Assembly (NCBI GenBank): GCA_950097015.1
Contig: CATNEN010000007.1
Coordinates: forward strand, 2,542,001 to 2,606,000
Length of the DNA stretch: 64,000 nucleotides
Direction of reading: 5' to 3'
Source: Macrostomum hystrix
Lineage: Eukaryota; Animalia; Platyhelminthes
Shown here: positions 10,201 to 22,200 of the stretch, in pieces
Layout: each line of letters opens with the position of its first letter
Numbering within the stretch: the first letter of the stretch is position 1
Made by a program: the position numbers and the translations under genes
Notes under the pieces: model-generated
Told to the model about the DNA's origin: nothing
Database searches by the model: none
The model's input: the letters and a program-made list of their open reading frames with translations, nothing else

Positions 10201-13200
10201 CCAAGGACAAGCTGGCGCCGTCCATGAAGTAGCGACAGGCCCGCCGACGGTGGCAAGTATTTAGAAGCCAACCAGCCGCGCCGGCCATCAGGCGAACCTC
10301 GCGACGCAGCCGGGAAATCGCGGCGGCGTCGCCCTCGGCAGTGAGGCGAAGCAGCGGCGGACGCTCAGGCAACGGCACTAGGCTGACCTTGGAGCAGCCG
10401 GTGGCCGCGGCCAGTCGAGCTTCGTGGAATTCGGGCACCCTGGACAGCTCCTGGCTGAGTCGATTAGGCAGCGTCTTGGCGAAGCGAGCTCCGGTGCCGG
10501 CGCCAACGTCGGTGCCGCCGCGTAGGTCGGCCGCAGCGGCGGCAGCCAGAACGGCGACGTCCCGAGTGTAATGAAGGCGCAGCAGGGCGGCCCGCGCGCA
10601 TTTGGCTGCGTAGCGAACAGCCGCGGCCTCTATGGTAACCGTCTGGCGAGATGGAATCGGCCAGCAATAGGTCACGTGACCATCCAGACCGGCGCAGCTT
10701 CGATAGAAGCCGATGATGCGAGCTCCGAGCGCGGCTGCTGCGTCGGCATCGGCATCGGGCAGGCAAAGCTGGTCGGTAATGATAGCGAGTTGGTTTACAA
10801 GCGACTGTCCCAGGTCTCTGGACTGTCCGAGTTGTCCTGAATTTCCGAGTGACTGAACTGAGCCAACTAGGGCGCCGGCGCCGTCGTACTCCAGGCGTAG
10901 GCAGTGCAATGCTAGCGCGTAGAACTCGGCAGTCGGCATCTTTAATTGACGCTCGCCATCCATGTCGACAGCGTCGTTCAAGTGGTCGTTGTCGGCGTCT
11001 TCGGCGGAGCGGACGATGCCGGCAGCTCGGGCCCAGTCAACCAGCAGGCGCAGCAGAGGCAGGCGGTGCGGACAGGCCGAGTACAAGCCCAGCAGGTAGT
11101 CGGTCTTCTCTAAGCCGATCGTGTTCATGCTGATGTCGCAGGCCACAGAGTCGTCGCCGTCAACGGTCAGGATGCAGCGAATAAGCGGGACTCTGTGAGT
11201 CAGCAGGTCCTCCTTGGCTGTGGCCACTTTGTCCAGCGCCGGAGACACAGCGTTGCGCAGCCAATGTCGGTGGAGATCCGGATCGGGCAGTGCAGCCAGC
11301 TCTGGCGTTGGCGGCGAGGACAATTTTACGCACAGATCGACATCCGAGCCGACGGCGTCGCACAGAAAGACCGAGGCGGAGCCGTAGACGGCAACCCTCA
11401 GGCTATCGCTAAAGTCGGCAATCGCAGTGGACACCAGAGCAGCGGCGCTATCGGCTCTGCCGACTGCCTCAGTCAGGGCCGGCAGCGACTCGCGCAGGCT
11501 GGCCAGGGCGGAGTGACCAACGTCCAGTCGAAGATTTCTCTCCGCGTTCGGCGCTCCAAAGGTGGTAATGGAGAGCTGTTGAGCGATGTCGCAGAGAATG
11601 TCGGCCATCACCCATGGGAAGCTCAGGCCCAGCGGCAAGCGGCTGCGGCTGTCAGAGTCGTCAAGACCGGCTGCGTCGTCGAGGTCGATGTCGCCATCTG
11701 CGTTGGATTCCTTTCGAGCGGCGCCGGCAGAAGCCAGGTACCAGGCGGCGGCCTTGGCACGCCGCTTGTTGACAATGTCTCCTCCGGCCAGGCTCGGATC
11801 GGAATCGAACTCGCGACGATATCTTTAAAATTGTTTTTATGTGGGATTATTCGATTTCCTTTCACGGATAAAATAAGGAAAATGTGATGGGGAGAAAGCA
11901 AGAATATAACGAATGGGTCACAAAGAAGTGCGTTTCACTTCTGAAACTTGTGACCTTGTCCTTAAAGCTGGTTACCGTTCACTGCGACCATAATTTAATA
12001 TTTGCAGGAGGATTGCGGGGCAATGGCACGCAAAAAATGTGACACTAGACCCACAGCCAACGAGGAGGCAATTCTTCCCATTTCGCTGACTCCTGAGCAC
12101 ACACGCTCACAGATACCGTACACAGGCACACGCTCATACAGGGGTGTAAATCTGCCCAGGCTTTCTCATCGTCAGGCAGTGTACACTCTCACTGTGACTT
12201 CGAGGTTGTCCCTCAAGGGCCTAAATTCCACGACAAGCCCGCAAGCCTTCTCTCCGCGGCTGCGCCCCAAATAAATGTGGCCTCGCTGCGGAATCGAGCT
12301 CAGGACCTTAATAATAATAATAATTGCAGGAGGGCTGCGGGCAATGACACATAGTTTGGTGACACTAGACCCGCAGCCAGCGAGGAGGCAATTCTGCCCA
12401 TTTCGCTGACTCCTGAGCACACACGCACACAGATACCGTACGCAGGCATACGCTCACACAGGTGTGTACATCTGCCCTGACTTCCTCATCGTCAGGCAGT
12501 GTTCACTTCACTGTGCCTTGGAGGTTGGCCCTCAAGGGCGTGAATTGCACGACAAGCCCCCAAGCCTTCTCTCCGCGGCTGCGCCCCAAATAAATGTGGC
12601 CTCGCCGTGGAATCGAACTTAGGGACCGTGGTGCGAGTGGCAAACGCGTTAACCGCTCTGCCACCGACCCCCCTGCTCAGGACCTTGGTGCGAGGGGCAA
12701 ACGCGTTAGACCACTCTGCCACTCAACAACCCCTTTGACTATGATTTTGTTACCATTCTGTGCGACTGTTTTGTGCGCCCCTGTGTGACCGTGTTACAAT
12801 GGATAACGGGATATAAGTTCGTCGGCGAAATATTCTACCCAGGCTTTCAATGCCATGTCTTCTTTAGCCATAGTCAGCAAAAACATTGGTCACGAAACGG
12901 TAACAGGTGACAGTGACGGTGACAGCCCCTTTTTGTGACCATTCTGTCTTATACGGAAAAGTGAGTACTTCACAGCCCACCCCTCCCCTTGGTGACGCAC
13001 CTGGCAACCAAGGCGTCCCTGGCTCCCCTGAGGCTCCGCTGCGCCGCGCCCAGATCAGAGCGCAGCGTCGAGTGCCAGCGCATGCAGCGGGTCAGCAGCA
13101 GCTCGCGCTCGCTGGCGAGGCCCCACTGGCCCAGCAGCGCCCGCAGGTCCAGCCTGTAGCGGCCCAGTTCAATGCGCGCCTTCTCGGCGAAGGCCTCCCA

Positions 13201-16200
13201 GCCAGGCCAGGTCAGGACCCGCCTGCCACAGGCGTCAGCTAGGGTGCTGGTCGGCGGGGCGGTGGCCTGCTCCAGAAGGTCCCAGTCCATCGCGTAGGTG
13301 CGACAGCGGCGGTAGAGATGGCCAAGGAGCTTCTGGGACTGGTAGGTCTGGTGCTGCGGCTTCTCCATGAAGTCCGGGTAACCAAAATCATTAACCGCCT
13401 TACGTGCATCCACCGGAACCTGATGGGGAGTAACAGAACCATTAGCCGACTTCAAGTGTGAGTTACTATTAGTAGTGTCAATGATAGAGCATTTGACACA
13501 ATACATCCAGAGCATGCACAAGTGATTCAGAAAACACGGGGCACGCTTTGCAACACCCCGAAACCACATAACACACCCAGATCCCACATAACACACACAG
13601 ATCCCACATAACACACACAGATCCCACATAACACACCCAGATCCCACATAACACACACAGATCCCATATAACGCACCCAGATCCCACATAACACACCCAG
13701 ATCCCACATAACACACACAGATCCCACATAACACACCCAGATCCCACATAACACACCCAGATCCCACATAACACACACAGATCCCATATAACGCACCCAG
13801 ATCCCACATAACACACCCAGATCCCACATAACACACACAGATCCCATATAACGCACTCAGAAGCCACATAACGCACCCAGATCCCACATAACGCACCCAG
13901 ATCCCACATAACGCACCCAGATCCCACATAACACACCCAGATCCGATATAACACACCCAGATCCCACATAACGCACCCAGATCCCACATAACGCACCCAG
14001 ATCCCACATAACACACCCAGATCCCATATAACGCACTCAGAAGCCACATAACGCACCCAGATCCCACATAACGCACCCAGATCCCACATAACGCACCCAG
14101 ATCCCACATAACACACCCAGATCCGATATAACACACCCAGATCCCACATAACACACCCAGATCCGACATAACACACCCAGATCCGACATAACACACCCAG
14201 ATCCGACATATCACACCCAGATCCCACATAACACACCCAGATCCCACATAACCCACCCAGATCCGACATAACACGCCCAGATCCGACAGTACACACCCAG
14301 ATCCGACATAACACACCCAGATCCCACATAACGCACCCAGATCCAACATAACACACCCAGATCCCACATAGCACACCCAGATCCCACATAGCACACCCAG
14401 ATCCCACATAACACACCCAGATCCCACATAACACACCCAGATCCCACATAACACACACAGAACATGCATGACCCACCTTTGGCACAATGCCAGTCTTTGG
14501 AAAGTCGACAGCCACAGACTGGGACTCGGCCAGTTTCCTGGCCAGCGGGTCGATTGCACCTTGAACCATCTGGTCGCACAGAGCCAGGTGCATGTGAGCA
14601 ACCCGGCCCAAGAAGGTGTTCTCCAGATTGGCCAAGTAGAAGTCAGCCAGCAGGTGCGGGGCGGAGACATTGGTGCCCGGCTGAGCTGTGGGCGGATTCG
14701 CAGCCAGGGCCGAGTAGTTCAATGCCGGGTGAATTGCTTGCGACGGCGGCACAAGGTTCGAGTCCCAGATGACGCTGAACTGATCACCATCGAGGTCTCC
14801 ACCGCTGCAGTCGGCGGCGAGGGATGCCTGACAGTCCGCGCGAGCTGGCATGAGCAACACGTTCACCTGCGGTGAGATTAGGATGTGGTGAAGATGAAGA
14901 TGAGATGAGGAACTCAAGCTGGGGATCTGTGTGAAATCAAGCTGGGGATCTGTGTGAACTCAAGCTGGGGATCTGTGTGAAATCAAGCTGGGGATCTGTG
15001 TGTGAACTCAAGCTGAGGATCTGTGTGAAATCAAGCTGGGGATCTGTGTGAACTCAATCTGAGCATCTGTGTGAAGTCAAGCTGAGGATCTGTGTGTGAA
15101 CTCAAGCTGAGGATCTGTGTGAACTCAAGCTGAGTATCTGTGTGAAGTCAAGCTGAGGATCTGTGTGTGAACTCAAGCTGAGGATCTGTGTGAACTCAAG
15201 CTGAGGATCTGTGTGAACTCAATCTGAGGATCAGTGAGAACTCAATCTGAGGATCTGTGAGAACTCAAGCTGGGGATCTGTGTGAAATCAATCTGAGGAT
15301 CTGTGTGAACTCAATCTGAGGATCAGTGAGAACTCAATCTGAGGATCTGTGTGAACTCAAGCTGAGTATCTGTGTGAACTCAAGCTGAGTATCTGTGTGA
15401 ACTCAAGCTGAGGATCTGTGTGTGAACTCAAGCTGAGGATCTGTGTGAACTCAAGCTGAGGATCTGTGTGAACTCAATCTGAGGATCAGTGAGAACTCAA
15501 TCTGAGGATCTGTGAGAACTCAAGCTGGGGATCTGTGTGAAATCAAGCTGGGGATCTGTGTGAACTCAATCTGAGGATCTGTGAGAACTCAATCTGAGGA
15601 TCTGTGAGAACTCAATCTGAGGATCTGTGAGAACTCAAGCTGGGGATCTGTGAGAACTCAAGCTGGGGATCTGTGTGAACTCAAGCTGAGGATCTGTGTG
15701 AACTCAATCTGAGGATCTGTGAGAACTCAATCTGAGGATCTGTGAGAACTCAAGCTGGGGATCTGTGAGAACTCAATCTGAGGATCTGTGAGAACTCAAG
15801 CTGGGGATCTGTGAGAACTCAAGCTGAGGACCCGAGGGCAGTCTCTACTCTCACCCATTTCGATAAGCCCGGCTTCTCCTGATCAGTCACAGCCCTGGCG
15901 ACACGCAAGTCGCCCGGATGCAGGCAGGGGTTGCGGTAGATGAGCACACGACCTTGCACCGTTTGCAACACGCCGTCATCCTCGCGGCAAATCTGGAATG
16001 AAAGTAGAAAATATCCCTAGAAGACGAAGGATTAATGAAAAAATATATACCAACAAATATACCAAAATCTAATAAAAAATCTGCTTTGAGTCGAATCCCA
16101 AATTGAGGCTGCTCACCCGCAGGTAGACCTCTCCCTCTGCCAGCAGGCCGGTGGGATCCGCAGCTCCCATGACCCGGCAACCCTCGGCCACCGGCAGGGC

Positions 16201-19200
16201 GGCGCGGCTGCGCAGGTCGGTGACGCGAAATTGGAAGGCCAGCCGCAGCAGGGAGCGCCAGTGCGGCTCGGAGGCCAGGTCGAAATTGGCCGCCACGCGG
16301 TTCACCAGGTGCGGTTCGATGTACTCCTGGGTTGGGTCACATTCAACTAACAACCAGTCAATGCTGTCTATTAATCAGTTCATACAGCCTAGCAACCATT
16401 TAATCCCGTCTAGCAATCAGTTGATACAGCCTAGTAACCATCATTTTATGTTGCCTAGCAACCAGTTCATACAGCCTAGCAACCATTTAATGCTGCCTAG
16501 CAACCGTTTCATGATGCTTAGAAAAGATTTCATGAGCAACCAGGTGATGCTGCCTAGAAATCAGTCCGTGCTGCATAGCAACCAGTTCGAACCTGCAAAG
16601 CCCGACTGGCGGCGTCCCCTCCAGCTAGGGATTCGGACGCCCGAGTCAGCGCCGCCTCCTGCAGCTCGAGCAGCCAGGATCGCAGATCCCACTGGCTGGA
16701 GCCTGGCCCAATCGCGCGAAGGCTGAGCGACTCCAGCAGGGTGATGGCCTCGCGGTTCAGACAGACTGACAGGGCGCGGGCCGGCTGCACCACACACAGC
16801 TGGATGTCAGTTTCAGATCGAAACTTCTCCATCGAGGGCCGCAGTAGGATGTCGATATCCTCGCTGAGGGACGTGGGAAATCGAGGACTAAAGGCTGAGA
16901 CTGTGGAGCTAGGGCTTCGTGAAGTGGGGATCAGAAATTAAGTAATGCTTACAGCAATAATACATGAAGGATCTGGGGAAAAGTTTTAGAATATTGTTTT
17001 GGAATTCGGACGAATCTTTGGTCTATTTGGGTTTCTGGAATAATATCTAATCAATTTGAGGATTAGGGAAAATCTAATTTGGCATAGTCAAAAATGTGGA
17101 CCTGGGATTTTTTTAGCATTTTTATCAGCATGTCATGCGGCGCCTCACCCAAATGCCGATCGGAACTCCGGATCATCCTCGGGATCCACCACAACTAGGA
17201 CGCCTTTGGCTCCGCCGTAGCGGAACTGATAGGCCGATGGAGACCGCGAAATGTCCAACTGATGAGCGATCTGCTCAGCCAGCCGCCGGCTAATCTTGCC
17301 GCAGCCTGCTCCAATTGCGGGTTGGGGGGTTCCAGCTTTGCAATTTCATTTTAGACAGGGAGCAGTTCACTGAGAATGGTCTCACCGTCTGTCAGTAGAT
17401 CGCCGTTGGCAGCTCGCCGGTCGTCTACGCGACCGGTACGCCAGGCTGGCAGGTCCACGATGGGCTGGTCGCCTGTGTGGAACAGGGCCAGCCTGGCCAG
17501 GTACTTCGGCACCGAATTGTAGTCGAGTGGGCTGCCAACCAGACTGTGGCGCATCTCCGCAATGACCTCCTTGGCAATGTCGAACACAAGTCAAGTGTGA
17601 TCATGTGCATTTGGCTTGCACTCGTGATCACTACTAAAGAAATGACATTGCAAAGTGGACAGGAACATCTTCCCATAATTTCTACCCGCAGCTGATGCTG
17701 GGACCCATTGCTTTTAACAGTAGAATATTTAAAATCCCCTGGGGAAACAATTCCCACTGGCCTACTGCCTACGATAGCTCCCAAACCAAATGACCAGTTT
17801 TCGTGAAATTCTACCATTTGGATCAAAGTTTTCCACCGAAACTCAAGAACAGGGGTCAAATTTTTGTTGCGCATCTTCTGAAAAAAGAAACAAGTCGCCA
17901 GCTCTTCAGACCGTCGAGATATTCAATTTTTCTGGCCGAAGGTCCGATTTTTCCATAAGAGCTAGTGTATTTCATACACCCCTATACACGAATTTGCACT
18001 GCGCCTCAGTGCGGCCTTGCCAGGCCTTCAAAATTTATCAGCATGTCACCCGAGTGTGCCTGCACCATCTCCGTCTTCGGTGGTCACCTACCTTTATCTA
18101 GACGGAGCAGCTGGACCTTTAACAAGTAATAGTTGAGTTTAGGCCAATATCGAGGCTTTATTAGAGAAAGTAGAAAAATTCGCTTTAGGGACTTCATTGC
18201 CAGCTGGAGGCACCCTGCTGACGGTGCTGACGGCGTCGGGGTGGTGACTGATTGGTTGACGGACTAGAGGAGCATGTAAAGTAGTTGAGTGTTGCCCAAT
18301 GTCGAGGCTTGATCAGCGAAAGTAGAGAAATTCGCTTTAGGGACTCCATAGTTGGCTGGTGCCACTTGTTGAAGGTCCAGCAGCTCCGTCTAGATAAAGG
18401 TCGGTGACCGCCGAAGTCGGAGATGATGCAAGCACATTCGGGTGACATGCTGATAAAGTTTGAAGGTCCCCCCTTGTTAGTTCTACTTTTACGAGTAGAA
18501 CTGTGGCACTCGTAAGGGCACATTTTGCTTCTGCGTTTAGATTCGAACCACGGGACCACCTCATTTGATTCGGCATCAAAAAAAGTGACAGTGCTGAAGA
18601 TTTATCTAATTTTTATCTAATTTCTCGAAGCTAAATTTCTTTAAATCTTCCAGCCGTGAGCTTCTATAGAAAATTACTTTTGACATATAGTTTAGTTTGC
18701 TTTGCATTGTTTATGTATTTTTTCCCACAAAACGGCCCTTTTAGGTCTGATTTGAATAATTGCGTACTAACAATAGTAGTCTGCAGTGCAGTTGACATTT
18801 CTAATTAAAAACAGCTGACACTTTTAATAGAAAGTTTATGCGCGGCCTCACCTGATCATGGACGTCGACAAACATGCAGCGCTGACTGCGCAGCTGACTG
18901 CCGCTTGCCGATAAAAATCGAAACCGCCTGCCAGCCAGGACCAGGCCGTCGATAAGGATTTGGCGAAATCGGTGTCTGTCGCTTTTGGACAGATTTCGAA
19001 TCGAGTTGCCCGCCTCGTCAGTGAAGGACAGCAGCAGGAAGCGCCTACCCAAGGGTGCCCACCTTCGCAGCAGCCTGGAAGAGGCCACGGGCACGGGTGT
19101 TTGACAGACAAGCCGGCTGGGTGTCGCGCTGGCGCGCAGCACACTCACGGTGCCGGGCGGTTGCACCGGCTGCAGTAGGTCAATATTGTCCTGCGGCAGG

Positions 19201-22200
19201 TGCTTCAGCAGGTGCCTGCAGGTCTCCAGTCTGGCCGCTGGATCGGCTAAGAAGGCTGGCAGCGACATCAACTGCTTGAGGCCGACAGACATCTTCAGCA
19301 GACTGGCCAGGTCCGCCGCGTCCAGGTGTTGCGCAATGTCCCTGAGGGTTGGCTGAACAAACACAGCCTCGCAGAGCCGAAATCGGCGAGCGTCAAGAAG
19401 GCATCTCAACAGCCAGCGGCTGTTAAAGGCGGCGGCATCGAGATCGGCTTCGTTCGAGCACCGCGGCCGACTCGGAGTTGGCGGAGCGTCGATGTCATCG
19501 TAGGAGGTCGCATTCTGTCTCGCACCTGACGACGCCTCGACGTCCGGATGCAGCAGCGTCAAGTGAGTCTCCAGCAGCGGCAGCGGAAAGTGTCGGCGTA
19601 TCCTCAGCCAGCCGGCTGCAGGCGAGCGGGTGAGGGGTGGGTGCAAGAGTTTAATTACGCCCTTAAGGGTCAACCTCTATGACACAGTGAGTGCAAACTG
19701 TCTGCGTACGATATCTATTTGCGTGTGTGCTCAGGAGTCAGCGGAATGGGCAGAATTGCCTCTCAATTTGTGTCAAATATTTCAGGTTAGTGAGCTCAGC
19801 AACACAAACGGAGCCAGAGTGAGCTCAGCAACACACACGGAGTCAGAGTGAGCTCAGCAACACAAACGGAGCCAGAGTGAGCTCAGCAACACAAACGGAG
19901 CCAGAGTGAGCTCAGCAACACAAACGGAGCCAGAGTGAGCTCAGCAACACAAACGGAGCCAGAGTGAGCTCAGCAACACAAACGGAGCCAGAGTGAGCTC
20001 AGCAACACACACGGAGTCAGAGTGAGCTAAGCAACACAAACGGAGCCAGAGTGAGCTCAGCAACATACTCGGAGTCATAGTGAGCTCAGCAACACACACG
20101 GAGTCATAGTGAGCTCAGCAACACACACAAAGTCATAGTGAGCTCAGCAATACACACGGAGTCAGAGTGAGCTCAGCAACACACACGGAGTCAGAGTGAG
20201 CTCAGGTACATACACGGAGTTAGAAGTCGTTCGTGCAAGCGCAGCAGCAGCAGCTGACACTCGGCCTGAGCTGCCAGGAACTGTCTATAAGCTTCCATCA
20301 GCAGCTGATCTTCCTCATCCTCATCATCATCATCATCCTCATCCTCATCATCATCATCATCATCGGGCAGCTGTACATCCGGGCAGAACCGCATGGGCAC
20401 CGCCAGCCAGCCCAGCTGCCAGTCGACCAGCGCCAGGCCGTTCGTGCCTGGTGTAGCCAGCCAGATCTTCAGCTTGCCGCCGAACAGCTCCAGCACCAGA
20501 GCCCGGCTGGCCGAATCCTGCGTCCCGGCCAGTTTGCAGCGCAACTGTGGCTCGCCGCAATTAAACTCTTGCACAATGCTGAGCTCTAATTCGCGCTGAA
20601 ATCTGCCAACAGCAAAGCCGGACATTGGCAGCAGGATTTCGTCCACCGAGGAGCTGTTGGAAGAATCGAGCGCCGCTTCGGGCACCAGGGGCAGAGTATA
20701 GACTGGAACGCCGCCGTGCCGGAAGCTCCACCGGCGACAGAATCGCCACCAGCGCAGCAGCGGAAGGTTGCCGACGCCGCCGCCCCCGCCGCCGCCCCCG
20801 CCGTCGATGCAGGCGACCACAACCGAAGTGCTGGCAGGAAACACTCCGGCGATGCCGGCGGTGGCCGAGCCGGCGGAAGTGAACTGGTCCACCCGGCTCA
20901 CCCGAAAGCAGCAAGGCGCCTCTTCAAGACTTTTCAGCAGCTTTTTGAGACCGCTGTCGCGCAGGTCAACAAACAGGCGGAGTACCAGGTGGCGACTGCT
21001 GAACGACCAGATTGACGAAGCTGGGGCGGCATTCGACTGATCGCCGCTACTGCCACCGTCGTCTGGATCATCTTCATCGTCGCTCTATGAAATTTGGTAA
21101 GCGAATGGGAAGGTACCCTTAACAGTAGAAAGACCAGACCACGGGGGTATGTGCCGGTGGTTTTTGCCACCAGACAATCCGCCGAGAATCGTTAAATATC
21201 TCAACGATACCGATGTTTCTTGATCCTGGAAGTTGTTTCATCGGATAGAGTGGAAAGTTTTAGCCTGTGTTCTGGATTTTCATGGCGATCGGTTGAATAT
21301 TTTGGGAGATACAGAAAAAAAGTTGGCGTTTTGAAATATCCACCCGGTCTTTCTTCTGATAAAGACGCATCAAGGGGTGCTGTTTGTAATTTGAGCCGTT
21401 TTGAATAAGCGACTCGAAGCTACGCGTCTCGACCGACGCTACAACGAGTCGAAAAACGATCGCTTGGGAGTTTGAGTCTTAAACCTGCGATTTTATCTGG
21501 ATAAACAGCGGAACAAACTCACCAGAGCCTGAGTCAGCTGCTGCACAATGGCCACAGTGGCCGGGCAGGGTCCGCCAGCTTCCATGGACTCGCGGCTGAG
21601 CAGGGCGTCCAGAGCCGCCTCCCTTAGGCGCAGTCGGGCAGCGGCGGCGCGCTCGTCGGCGTCGGCCACCACCACGAAGCGGCTGCCGGGTCGGCGAGCG
21701 CGGCCGCGACTCTGCACCAGCTGGATGAGGGAGCGGGCAGCGTCGAAGCGAATCACGACGTCGCACTCGCCGACATCGAGGCCCTCCTCCAGCACTGAGG
21801 TGCTCACCATCAGGCGACTGACGCCAGAGTTGAACCTGTCCAGCACCAGCTCCTGTTCCTCCTCCCAGCGCATGCCGTCCGGACCACCCTGCATGGCAGC
21901 AGCGTGAGGGAGGCGTCATACAGCTTGCCCCCCTGACCACAATGCGTTTCTCTGACCCCAAGGTATCACTCTGACTGCAATTTGTCACTCTGACTGCAAT
22001 TTGTCACTCTGACCACAATGTGTCACTCTGACCCCAATGTGTCACTCTGACCACAATGTGTCACTCTGACCCCAATGTGTCACTCTGACTGCAATTTGTC
22101 ACTCTGACCACAATGTGTCACTCTGACCCCAATGTGTCACTCTGACTGCAATTTGTCATTCTAACCACAATGTGTCACTCTGACCGCAGAGTGTCTATGA

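Noticed and set aside
10341-11887. Plus-strand GC-rich ORFs overlapping the NTase, RdRP and helicase exons
   Set aside because: Antisense shadows of GC-rich coding exons, with no motifs of their own.
12640-12725. Possible tRNA genes at SINE heads (also 40292, 41045, 43240 and 37800)
   Set aside because: A and B boxes are present, but there is no complete cloverleaf and each continues into a SINE body or is degenerate.
13478-14460. Cys/Trp-rich extensions of the RdRP ORFs
   Set aside because: Translated intronic 20-bp repeat; the true exons are bounded by splice sites at 14477 and 13419.
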